IMG/VR virus record: IMGVR_UViG_3300005512_000132
Span: 1 to 35,876 of that record
DNA length: 35,876 bases
From: a virus
Taxonomy: Duplodnaviria > Caudoviricetes
Reading direction: 5' to 3' (one strand)
The position numbers and the translations under genes were made by a program. Below the pieces are notes generated by a model that made no database searches, was not told where the DNA came from, and saw nothing but the letters and a program-made list of their open reading frames with translations. Positions 8,436 to 18,800 of the stretch are shown piece by piece; the stretch's first letter is position 1; the number at the start of each line of letters is the position of its first letter.

Positions 8436-9823
8436 TGTCACTTAATACTTTTAGAATATTAAATTCGGATTATGAATTAGCTTACGGGTCTGTTCTAAAC
8501 GTTCTTTATACAGATGAAAATTCTGCTGTTCCATATGGAATACAAGTAATGTTATTAGGTGACTTTACTAAAAAAGCTTTTCAAGATGAAACAGATCCTG
8601 AAATTGTAACGGCTATTCCGTTAAGTTTATTTGCTACTAGAATACCTATAAAAAATGAAGTAGTATTATTAATTAAATCAGTGGCAAAATCATCTACTGG
8701 GCTAAATGTTCTATATCAAACGTATTACATTGATATAGTAAGTTTACAGTCAAATGTACATCATAATACTTTACCATTGACAGGAGTTAATGAAAATGCT
8801 GATTCAGAAACAGATGGAAATTCTGAAGATTATGAATCAGCTGAAAATGGACAAACGACTCAAGAAACAGAAACGAATGACGAAAATACAGTTGATGAAG
8901 ATTTTCAATTAACTGAAAATGTAAAGCTATTACAGCCTTATGTAGGAGATACAATTTATCAAGGAAGATTCGGTCAATCAATTCGATTTAGCTCGACACA
9001 AAAAAATAATGATTTATTTACTAAAGCTCCGAATTGGTCTGAAGGAACTGGGCCAATAACAATTATACGAAATTCTAAACAAGTTACAGATACTGGTAAG
9101 GTTAATGATTTTGTAACTGAAGATTTAATAAATGATGACAGCGTAATTGTATTATCTAGTGATCAAAAACTAGCTTTTGAAGAAGCTTCCAAAGTTTCGA
9201 CTTCTTTAGATTCCAAAGGTATAACAGGTTGGAGAGATTCTGCTTTTGGAGAATCGTCACAGATACTTCTATCTTCTAGAAGATTAATATTCAATAGCTC
9301 TCAAAATGAAATTATAGCATTTGCTAAATCTGGTATAGCTCTTTCTACAGAAACTTCAATAACTATCGACGCGCAAGACGATATATCACTTAATGCTAAT
9401 CGAGTTGAAATTGGCACAGATGCAGATGAGCAAATGTTACTAGGTAATGCATTTCAGTCATGGATGGAGCAGTTTATTGATGCGTTAAGTTTATTAACAG
9501 TTATAACGCCCACCGGCCCTGCAAGTCCATTAACTTCAACACCGCAATGGACTCAAATAGAAACGTTGAAATCGCAATTGCCTGATTTATTAAGTGAAAT
9601 AGGATATATCAGCAAAACTACTTCAATTACGACTTCAGATTCACTGCAGGCCGTTTCAGACCCGCCACCTAGACAAACTGTTGCGGAACGTACTCAACCG
9701 AATGAAGAACAAGTTCAGCAGCTAGAATCTGAACCAACACCAGTCGACCCTCAAATACAAGCGCTATTAGATTTAGAAATAGCTCGATTTAAATATCCTG
9801 GAGAACCTGATAATATAAGTTAA
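8435..9823 (+). CDS. Baseplate central spike/hub protein (gp5/gpV-like)
   Basis: N-terminal OB-fold-like PIKNEVVLL, GDTIYQGRFGQSIRF, beta-repeat ITIDAQDDISLNANRVEIG, apex-like ITPTGPASP; lies upstream of gp25- and gp6-like genes. Confidence 0.6.
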   Translation: MSLNTFRILNSDYELAYGSVLNVLYTDENSAVPYGIQVMLLGDFTKKAFQDETDPEIVTAIPLSLFATRIPIKNEVVLLIKSVAKSSTGLNVLYQTYYIDIVSLQSNVHHNTLPLTGVNENADSETDGNSEDYESAENGQTTQETETNDENTVDEDFQLTENVKLLQPYVGDTIYQGRFGQSIRFSSTQKNNDLFTKAPNWSEGTGPITIIRNSKQVTDTGKVNDFVTEDLINDDSVIVLSSDQKLAFEEASKVSTSLDSKGITGWRDSAFGESSQILLSSRRLIFNSSQNEIIAFAKSGIALSTETSITIDAQDDISLNANRVEIGTDADEQMLLGNAFQSWMEQFIDALSLLTVITPTGPASPLTSTPQWTQIETLKSQLPDLLSEIGYISKTTSITTSDSLQAVSDPPPRQTVAERTQPNEEQVQQLESEPTPVDPQIQALLDLEIARFKYPGEPDNIS

Positions 9824-9824
9824 T

Positions 9825-10688
9825 ATGGGAAATGGAAATGGAAACATTGAAGAAGTTCAATTTGAAGAATTGACTGATGATTATATAAGTCGAGCTGCGA
9901 CTGAATTTAATACTTTTGTAGCCCCGGTAGCAACTGAGGTAGTAGCTCTGCCAGTGCCTGTCGACGCTCCAGCAACAATTGGTACCTTAGTTAACCCACG
10001 TGGATGGGATCAATCGACATCATATGATTATAAACAAATCAAGTCACAAATTGATAATGCGGGCCAAGCAATTGCTAAACGATGTTTACAAGATATTCCA
10101 ACAGCTAATGGCGGAACCATGACGGGTGCAGCAATAACTGAATCTACGACAGTTAATGATACACCTGGGACTGGAGCGAATGATAAAAGAATAACAGAAT
10201 TTCAAACGTCTGCGACTAATATTTGGCTCGAGTCTACCTTACAACCTCCGTTCGCATGGTGCGCTTCTGCAGTATCATGGTGGTGGGGCTTTGGATTTCA
10301 AGACGCTGGATTTGACGCTGGTAAGATCAAAACATTCCTTCCTGGTACAGGTCCTACATGTAATTCTAACGTTTCATCTGCAGGCAATCCATACGTGCCT
10401 AGATGGGAATATTGGGCTAAAGAAACTCGTCGATTTACTCGATTACCAGGTGTTGGATATGCATGTTTATATTCAAATAGTGGAGTTCCATACGCAACTC
10501 ATATAGGCGTTGTAGTATCTGTCGAACGAGGTCTAGTATATACTGTAGTATGCGGTAATGACAGTACTCGAATGGACGGCGCTCCTGGAGGGGACGGAGT
10601 GCGACTACGAAAACATAATGGCATTTCCGGAACTGTTGGATTCATCGCCCCCATACCGTTTACTTGGAACGGAACTGCTTTTAGTTAA
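9825..10688 (+). CDS. CHAP-domain peptidoglycan amidase/peptidase (tail-associated lysin candidate)
   Basis: AWCASAVSW (catalytic Cys), PGVG...LY, THIGVVVSV (His), CGND. Confidence 0.75.
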   Translation: MGNGNGNIEEVQFEELTDDYISRAATEFNTFVAPVATEVVALPVPVDAPATIGTLVNPRGWDQSTSYDYKQIKSQIDNAGQAIAKRCLQDIPTANGGTMTGAAITESTTVNDTPGTGANDKRITEFQTSATNIWLESTLQPPFAWCASAVSWWWGFGFQDAGFDAGKIKTFLPGTGPTCNSNVSSAGNPYVPRWEYWAKETRRFTRLPGVGYACLYSNSGVPYATHIGVVVSVERGLVYTVVCGNDSTRMDGAPGGDGVRLRKHNGISGTVGFIAPIPFTWNGTAFS

Positions 10689-10711
10689 TATTTTAATAAA
10701 ATTACATCTTT

Positions 10712-10721
10712 GATAATTATT
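10712..10721 (+). promoter_or_regulatory. Putative late promoter variant (GATAATTATT)
   Basis: One mismatch to GATATTTATT; 11 nt before the ATG at 10733. Confidence 0.45.
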
Positions 10722-10732
10722 ATAAAGTAAAA

Positions 10733-11158
10733 ATGAAAACTAAAGAATTCGTTCAAACGTTACGAAAAATTATTCAAGAAGAAGTTCGTTCAGCTGTACG
10801 AACCGAGTTTAAAAGATATGAGTCAGTACTTACAGAATCGAAAAATGTAAATCGATCGTATCAGGAAGAATTCAAGCCAATTTCACGTAAAAAATCTGAA
10901 CCTCAACAATTTACTAAAAATTCCATGTTAAATGAAATTTTAAATGAAACTGCAGGCTTTAGTAATAATCAAGGTGAATTTGACGAATGGCCGACAATGA
11001 ACATGAATTCATTAATGAGTTCTAGAGTTCAACATGCCCCAATTGTAGATATTGATGGACGTCCTGCTACTAACATTCCTGAAGAGTTAGTTACGAACTT
11101 AACGAAAGATTATTCAGCTTTGATGAAAGCAATTGATAAAAAGAAAGGAGTTAATTAA
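10733..11158 (+). CDS. Phage hypothetical protein, possibly virion-associated
   Basis: LRKIIQEEVR, LTES, LNEILNET motifs; coupled (TAATG) to the gp25-like gene. Confidence 0.7.
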   Translation: MKTKEFVQTLRKIIQEEVRSAVRTEFKRYESVLTESKNVNRSYQEEFKPISRKKSEPQQFTKNSMLNEILNETAGFSNNQGEFDEWPTMNMNSLMSSRVQHAPIVDIDGRPATNIPEELVTNLTKDYSALMKAIDKKKGVN

Positions 11159-11751
11159 TGGCAAGACCAATACAAAATCCTAATACGAATGTAGAATATA
11201 CGCCCGGCGGACCAACGGCTGGAACGGCTGCTAATGGTATATTTGACGGATTTAATCCTACAGTAGTAGTTCCAGGAGAGCCAATTGATCCAATTGACGT
11301 TTCGCAGCAAGATAAAGTAGAAGTTGGTATTGGGGTGTCGATTCCATTTACTAACACTGACGGGGGCTTATTTCCAATTACATTTACGACTAGAGATCAA
11401 GCAATATCAAATCTTAAAAATTTACTTTTAACGAGAAAAGGAGAGCGATTATTTTTACCGACATTTGGAACGAATATACAAGATGTATTATTTGAACCAA
11501 ATTTCGATACATTAAAAGAAATACTAATATTTGAAATTGAATCTGCTGTAGAATTTTGGTTATCATACATTACTATACAATCTATAGATGTAGAAACTAT
11601 AGTAGCAGTAGGAGCTTCGAAAGAAGAAAATGGTATACGTATTACAATGCTTATTGATGTTGTAACGCCTGGATCGAATGTTCCTATAACGATAATAGTT
11701 ACGCCTTCAGTAATTGACGTTACAGAAACTAATGTCATTGGGACTAATTAA
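11158..11751 (+). CDS. Baseplate wedge protein, gp25/GPW-like
   Basis: NLKNLLLTRKGERLFLPTFGTNIQDVLFEP...IESAVEFW. Confidence 0.9.
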   Translation: MARPIQNPNTNVEYTPGGPTAGTAANGIFDGFNPTVVVPGEPIDPIDVSQQDKVEVGIGVSIPFTNTDGGLFPITFTTRDQAISNLKNLLLTRKGERLFLPTFGTNIQDVLFEPNFDTLKEILIFEIESAVEFWLSYITIQSIDVETIVAVGASKEENGIRITMLIDVVTPGSNVPITIIVTPSVIDVTETNVIGTN

Positions 11752-11765
11752 ATTATAATATTACT

Positions 11766-13628
11766 ATGGCTCAGATACGAAAAGATATACGGTATTTAAA
11801 TAAAGATTTTGATCAATACCGATCAAATTTGGTAGAGTTTGCAAAAACGTACTTTCCGAACGTTTACAATGATTTTAATGAATCGTCTCCTGGTTCAATA
11901 TTTATTGAATTAGCAGCGTATGTAGGAGATGTTTTGTCTTATTATACAGATAATCAGCTTAAGGAATCGTTAATGAGTTATACAAATACTCGTGCCAATG
12001 TCATTTCATTAGCTTCGTCAAACTTTGGATATAAAGTTAAAAATAACATTCCAGCAACTGTCGATTTAGATGTATATCAATTATTACCAGCAAAAACGGT
12101 TGGTAGTGCAAAAGTTCCTGATTGGGACTATACATTGCAAATTCGAGAAAATATGACAGTAAATAATACATTTCGTACTGTTAGTTCAATAAATTTTGCT
12201 CAATCTAGCAGTTTCGATCCGACAGAAATTTCTATATATCAAGTTAATTCAGTAGACAATACTCCAGAATTTTATTTGTTAAAGAAAAAAGTTAAGGCGA
12301 TTGCTGGTACTTTACAAACGCAAGATTATACATTTAACGAAGCAAAGCGATTTGATAAAATATTAATTCCAGTAACTAATATCATTGAAATAGTTTCTGT
12401 AGTAGATTCAGATGGTAATACATGGTATGAAGTGCCATATTTAGCACAAGATACTATATTCGAAACTGTTTCTAATACAGTGCAAAATGATCCAGATTTG
12501 TACACGTACGATAGCGTACCGTATTTACTTAAAATTAAAAAAACAGCTCGAAGATTTGTTACTCGATATCGATCTGACAATACATTAGAATTACAGTTTG
12601 GCCCCGGCGTTTCTGTTGATGATGATGAAGAAATAATTCCAAACCCAGACAATGTAGGATCTAGTTTAACAGGATTACAGACACAATTTGATAGGCCAAT
12701 TGACCCGTCAAATTTCATGTATACAAAAACTTATGGACTAGCTCCTGCAAATACAACACTAACAGTTACGTATACAGTTGGCGGAGGCGTTACTTCTAAC
12801 GTACCTGCTAAATCATTAACGCAAATATCACAAATAGAATATGTCACTGTTAACCAAAATTTGAATACAGCTTTGTTAAACAGAGTTAGAGCTTCAGTGG
12901 CATGCACTAACCCAAATCCTGCATCTGGCGGTAAGAATCAAGAAACAATTGAAGAAATACGACAAAATGCTATCGCAAATTTTGCAGCACAAAATCGAGC
13001 CGTAACTGCGCAAGATTATATAATACGAGCTTATTCACTACCAACGAAATTCGGATCAGTTGCAAAAGCGTATGTAATGCAAGATCAGCAAATAAGTCCT
13101 GAAGATCCTAGTAAAATGATCGCTAATCCATTAGCTATCAATTTATATACGTTAGGATATAACAATAACAATAATTTAACTCCTCTTAATGCAGCAGTTA
13201 AAGAAAATTTACGTACGTATCTTACGCAATACCGAATGTTAACTGATGCTATTAACATAATGGACGCATTTATTATTAACATAGGAATTCGATTTGAAAT
13301 TACAGTACTTCCAGAATATAATTCAAATGAAGTATTATTAAGATGCGTTTCTAGATTACGAAACATTTTTGATATTAATAGATGGCAAATTAATCAGCCT
13401 ATTCTTTTATCTAGAATGTATACTGAATTAGATCGAATTGAAGGTGTACAATCTGTACCAAATATTCGCGTCGTTAATTTATATGACGACACTTTAGGAT
13501 ATTCTGGAAATGTATATGACATTGGTGCAGCGACTCGCGACGGTACAATTTATCCTTCGTTAGATCCTAGCATATTTGAAGTTAAATTTCCAGATTCAGA
13601 TATCGTAGGAAAAGTAGTAGCATTATAA
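11766..13628 (+). CDS. Baseplate wedge subunit, T4 gp6 / baseplate J-like
   Basis: YLNKDFDQYRSNL, DFNESSPGSIFIELAAYVGDVLSYY, ASGGKNQETIEEIRQNA, QNRAVTAQDY. Confidence 0.88.
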   Translation: MAQIRKDIRYLNKDFDQYRSNLVEFAKTYFPNVYNDFNESSPGSIFIELAAYVGDVLSYYTDNQLKESLMSYTNTRANVISLASSNFGYKVKNNIPATVDLDVYQLLPAKTVGSAKVPDWDYTLQIRENMTVNNTFRTVSSINFAQSSSFDPTEISIYQVNSVDNTPEFYLLKKKVKAIAGTLQTQDYTFNEAKRFDKILIPVTNIIEIVSVVDSDGNTWYEVPYLAQDTIFETVSNTVQNDPDLYTYDSVPYLLKIKKTARRFVTRYRSDNTLELQFGPGVSVDDDEEIIPNPDNVGSSLTGLQTQFDRPIDPSNFMYTKTYGLAPANTTLTVTYTVGGGVTSNVPAKSLTQISQIEYVTVNQNLNTALLNRVRASVACTNPNPASGGKNQETIEEIRQNAIANFAAQNRAVTAQDYIIRAYSLPTKFGSVAKAYVMQDQQISPEDPSKMIANPLAINLYTLGYNNNNNLTPLNAAVKENLRTYLTQYRMLTDAINIMDAFIINIGIRFEITVLPEYNSNEVLLRCVSRLRNIFDINRWQINQPILLSRMYTELDRIEGVQSVPNIRVVNLYDDTLGYSGNVYDIGAATRDGTIYPSLDPSIFEVKFPDSDIVGKVVAL

Positions 13629-13639
13629 AAATATAAATT

Positions 13640-14755
13640 ATGATTTGGTCAGTCCCTGCATTAAAAGACACAACGATATATGAATCTGATCCGTATAGAA
13701 ATTCTGGATTAGATCAAGTATTAGAACTACGAAAAATAGGCGATACAACGACTAACGATTTAGAAGAATCTAGAATATTAATTCAATTTGATATATCAGA
13801 TCTTTCAAACGTTTTAACTACTAACAATATAACGATAAACGATATATCTGCTAGTTTAAACTTATATAGTGTTCAAGTATCTGAAGTACCAACTACATAT
13901 ACTATTGAATCTAAAGCTTTAGCAGTATCTTGGTCAAATGGTACAGGATATTCAACGACACCTTCAGGAGAAATTTCCGCAGTATTAGCAACAGACGGAG
14001 CTACATGGATTTCAACTGCGGGTTCAGGTTCATTAACATGGAGCGCATCGTTGTCAGATAGCACTCAACTTCAATACAATTCTGCTTCTGTAGGAGGAGG
14101 CGTTTGGTATACATCTTCAATAGCTAGTCAATCATTTAATCGTAAAACAACAGACGATTTATCAGTTGATATTACGAATATTGTAAAAAATTGGTATAAT
14201 GAAACGTTTACAAATAACGGAGTTGTAGTATCATTTAAAAATTCAGAAATTTCTGCAGCCAATTATCCGAATACAAACTTACAATTTTATTCTTCAGATA
14301 CTAATACAATTTACGAGCCACAGTTGTATATTAGTTGGACAGGAAGCGTATCATACGCAACAGGTTCATTAGCTGCTATTACATACAATGATTTTCCAAT
14401 TGTATATTCTAGAAATTTTCATGGAGAATATAAACAAGGAAGAAAAATAAGAATAATGTTAGCTGCTAGAGACAAGTATCCTAGAAAAACATTTAGCCAA
14501 AATTCAGATTTTACTACAGTAAAAGCACTTCCACAAAATTCATATTATCAGGTTTTAGACGCCCATAATAATAAAATACTTATTCCATATAGCAATGCTA
14601 CGAAAATTTCAGCAGATTCTAACGGAGCGTATTTTGATTTATATACAACAATGATGTATCCAGAACGTTATTATAAATTTGAAATTAAATCTGAATTTAC
14701 TGATATAACTGAATATTTTTCATCTAACGATTTTACGTTTAAAATAATTGAATAA
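13640..14755 (+). CDS. Virion protein with DNRLRE (disaggregatase-related/CBM96-like) domain
   Basis: KDTTIYE...NSG...SRILIQFD...ASLNLY...VDITNIVKNW...NNGVVV...FYSSD...PQLYISW pattern. Confidence 0.65.
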   Translation: MIWSVPALKDTTIYESDPYRNSGLDQVLELRKIGDTTTNDLEESRILIQFDISDLSNVLTTNNITINDISASLNLYSVQVSEVPTTYTIESKALAVSWSNGTGYSTTPSGEISAVLATDGATWISTAGSGSLTWSASLSDSTQLQYNSASVGGGVWYTSSIASQSFNRKTTDDLSVDITNIVKNWYNETFTNNGVVVSFKNSEISAANYPNTNLQFYSSDTNTIYEPQLYISWTGSVSYATGSLAAITYNDFPIVYSRNFHGEYKQGRKIRIMLAARDKYPRKTFSQNSDFTTVKALPQNSYYQVLDAHNNKILIPYSNATKISADSNGAYFDLYTTMMYPERYYKFEIKSEFTDITEYFSSNDFTFKIIE

Positions 14756-15846
14756 TGCCAGAGCAACGATATCCAGCAGATACGTCCGGGGGTGCACAAT
14801 TTTCTCCTAGAGTTAGTGATGAACTATTTAATCCACCGCCAGCAAATCCGTACGAGCCTATTAATTTAGATAACAGTCAAGAAAGAAGGCCACCTGCTAC
14901 ATATTACGAACAATGTCAGTTTCTTAAATTAGATGACCGATATACAGTTTCCGATCGAATTAAATTAGAATCGATACGAAATATAACGAATGAACCGTAT
15001 AAACAATTAGAAGGCGGTACTATTCAAATTGATAAAAATGTAGATTTAACAAATCAAAGACAATTTGTAAGTTTATTTGCAACTAAAACTACATATAAAA
15101 AAATACAAGAAGCTATAGACACGGAATTTGAAGAATTTGTAGCGCCCGAGCCTGACATCATACCATCATTGACTAAGGCTATACAAGATTTAGAATCTGA
15201 TGTAGCGGAGTTATTAGCTCAAACGCGAGTTGATTCGACTACAATCGATAGACTTCGACAACAAATTGCTGAATTGCAAGCTCAATTAGATTTAGCTAGA
15301 AGACCACCCGAGTTTATTAATGAAGTACCAGATATTGTTACTGCTGGTGGTGGTTTATATTCTGATAGAACTGGGTTACCAGGAGCGCCAAACGCGCCTA
15401 GAATTGGTAATATGCTATTATCAAAAAATAGAACTGCGAAATTAATGATACTACTAGGTACGGTTACTGACATTACTGGAGCTACTAGAACAAGAGCTAG
15501 GTTACAAGTATACCTTGGAGAATTTGATGAAAAAGGCAGTCCATTACCAGGTACAGTACAAACTTTAGGTTTTAGTATTATATCAAATCCAGCCATTGAA
15601 TTTGGTCCAGATGCTGTAGTTGCATTACGTTGGTCTAATCGAAATTTAAATTGGAGTTTTTTCCGGTATGACAGAACCCTAGGAGAAGAAGCAAGTTCTC
15701 GAGAACTTTGGTCAACTAGCGACTTTACAGGCCCAGCAAACGCACCTGTATTCAGAGGTAATTCTTCTGTACAAATTACCGATGCTGGTATTATACAAAT
15801 AGCTAATGACGGTATTCCACTTTGGTCGTCATATAATCGAGGATAA
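14755..15846 (+). CDS. Virion protein: coiled coil plus degenerate bulb-type lectin C-terminus
   Basis: Central heptad repeat; C-terminal LLSKN...ELWSTS...VQITDAGIIQIANDGIPLWSS resembles B-lectin repeats. Confidence 0.5.
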   Translation: MPEQRYPADTSGGAQFSPRVSDELFNPPPANPYEPINLDNSQERRPPATYYEQCQFLKLDDRYTVSDRIKLESIRNITNEPYKQLEGGTIQIDKNVDLTNQRQFVSLFATKTTYKKIQEAIDTEFEEFVAPEPDIIPSLTKAIQDLESDVAELLAQTRVDSTTIDRLRQQIAELQAQLDLARRPPEFINEVPDIVTAGGGLYSDRTGLPGAPNAPRIGNMLLSKNRTAKLMILLGTVTDITGATRTRARLQVYLGEFDEKGSPLPGTVQTLGFSIISNPAIEFGPDAVVALRWSNRNLNWSFFRYDRTLGEEASSRELWSTSDFTGPANAPVFRGNSSVQITDAGIIQIANDGIPLWSSYNRG

Positions 15847-15864
15847 ACAATAATATCTAAGTTA

Positions 15865-15874
15865 GATATTTATT
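15865..15874 (+). promoter_or_regulatory. Putative late promoter motif (GATATTTATT)
   Basis: 12 nt before the ATG at 15887; overlaps inverted repeat AATATCTAA-G-TTAGATATT (15852-15870). Confidence 0.6.
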
Positions 15875-15886
15875 TAAAAGTAAGTA

Positions 15887-18800
15887 ATGCCATTTTCAAA
15901 TTATACTAACGAGCAAGATATCTTAAATTCTAGAAATTTAGTACGAGGTGTAAGGCTTAATACTAAAGATTTAGAATTTTTAGATTTACGGCCATATTCA
16001 GTACAAGCCTCGTACCCTGCTCCGCCTATTACTGAAATGCATGTATATACTTCAGATGGAGTATACATTAATGGATTACATAACATAAATCAGTATTCAA
16101 AAGTAGAATTTAATGATAATAATTCCGGAGATGTCGTAGAGCAATACTTAAGTGTCGACACGAATTCTGCGTTAGAAGAATTAAATTTAACTAGAGGGCA
16201 ATATAAAATTGTATACAATACATTATATAATGTAATTGGATCGTATGAAGGTCAGAAACTATGGGTTTATGAAATTTCTCCTTCTAGAAGGGAAGTACGA
16301 ATTCGTTTAACAGATAATGAAAGTAATACACTTCGTAGCGAGCTTTTAAACTTTTACAATTATTATATAGCTCGGTCAAAACCTTCTGATTTATTTAATA
16401 CATATACATTAAATTTCGGATTTAATAACATCGTTCCGATCGTTAATATTCGATTTGATAGACGTAATTCTGCGAATCCTGAAATAGTATTGCGTTTATA
16501 TTCTCCACTACCTGCAGATATTGAAGAAAAAGATAAGTGTTGGATTTCATTTGAAGTATCTAATCCAGCAGTAACTTCAGTAACTATTACACCGCAAATA
16601 CCAGAACGTACTTTTAATAGATTATCTGGACCTAATTTTGATTTAGAGGAATTGGAGTCTACTTCAATTGCTACCGATTTCAAATCATGGAATGATTTAT
16701 TAGGTTCGAATATTACTACGTCGCAACAGTTAGTCGATTCATACTTTTCAGGCTCGTTATCTGGAATTAAATTGAACATTAACTATCGATTGTTTGATAA
16801 TTACGTACACTATTCATCTGCAGTCGAAAGAGTAAAGAACTTTCATTATAAGCTTCAGTTAATTGAATATTATTCAGATCAAATACAAACTTTATCTCAA
16901 GTAAATGGCGGCGATATTACCAACGTTAATATTCAAGATGTTTTTAGTAAACGTAACAGCGTTGTAAGCAGTTTTGATGATTTTGAAAAGTATTTGTTTT
17001 TTGAATCGACAGGAAGTAAATTATATACACATTATGATATAACAGGATCAATCGATCCATGGCCAAAAACTCAGCCAACTAGTCTACAATGGCAACAGGC
17101 ATATATGCTATGGAGTCAGTTTTCGCAAACCTGGCAAGTAAGTTCAGGACCTGATCCATACGGTTATTTTTCAACTCAAGTACGCACCACGTCAGCTCAA
17201 GGACAAACGTACTATCAAAACTTATTAAGTTTAGCTAAGACTTACGATGATAATAATGTGCATAAATTAGAAAATGCAATACCATTGCATTTACGAAATT
17301 TAGAAGATGCTGATCAGTTTCTTTTATTTGTACATATGTTAGGTCATCATTTTGATATATTATGGACATACATTAATAGTTTAACTTTAATACATTCTAG
17401 AGAAGAACATCCTAAAGATGGTATGTCAGATGATTTACTTTATCATGTAGCAGAGTCGTTAGGATTTAAATTAATTGACGGTAGGTCTGTTTCGGATTTA
17501 TGGAAATATACTATTGGAGTCGATGAAAATGGAGATGTAATACAACAAAATGTCGACGGTAGAACTTCCTTATCAGATAGAAACTCTACTAGAGAAGTAT
17601 GGAGGCGAATTGTTAATAACTTACCTTATATACTTAAAAACAAAGGCACGTCTAGATCGATTAAAGCTTTATTGTCTTGTTTTGGAATTCCATCAACGGT
17701 ATTGACTATTAAGGAATATGGCGGCCCATCGACGTTTACAGACAACGATCATTTTCCTGAATATGTACATGATGTATATCATTATGCGTGGCTTTCAGAT
17801 ACTGGTAGTTTAGAATTACCTGTTACTACGTATGTAAATTCTTTAGGAAATACAATATCTGCAAATACATTACAATTTAGGTTTAAGACAGATGAAAATT
17901 TTAGTTATACACCTAATAGTTATTACAATATATTTTCTGCCCCAAGCGCTTCAGTTAATGATGTATATCATTTAATATTAAATACTTCAAATGTATTAAA
18001 TGAAGGTACGTTAACTTTGTTTAATTCTGTAACAGGTAATGCAGTTTCAGCATCAAATGTATACATATTTGACAACAGTTGGCATAATGTATATGTAGAA
18101 TCGACAAATTCTACAGGATCGTTGAAAGTAGCCAGAACCAAATATGGAAAAGCTACATACATAAAATCATCTAGTTTTTCTGGAGATTTAAATGTATTTC
18201 CAACTACTGGTACAGAAACATTTACTTTTGCTTCTGGATCTAGAGCACTATCATCGCCAGTAACACTTCCGAACGGAACAACCGTTTCTAATTTATCTAA
18301 ATTTAATGGCCATTATCATGAAATTCGTATTTGGTCTGGTACATTAAATGATGCTACAATTCGAGAGCATGGAGCGTCGCCTAATACATATACATACAAT
18401 ATCGATCGAATATCGCTGTCGACAGGCGAACAAGCTTCGAAACCATATGATCATTTATTACAACGATTTACGTTGGCAAATAAACAAATTGAAAGCGGAT
18501 CATTTTATCAAAATTCAGTACATCCTAATCAGCGAATTAATACAGGCTCACTTTATTTTATAGGATTTACCAATTCAGGATCGATTAATTTTGAAGGGTT
18601 TGAAGAACAGTATACTACGCCGTCGCCATCTTTAGGTGGCAATAGTTTATATACAAATAAAATTCGAATTGACTCGTCTAGTTTTATTCCTGGACGCACA
18701 TTAAATACTAAAACTCGAGCTACCAGATCTAGTTTAGATAGATATTCATTAGATTCTAATCGTTTAGGAGTATATTTTTCACCACAAACGGCAATTAATG

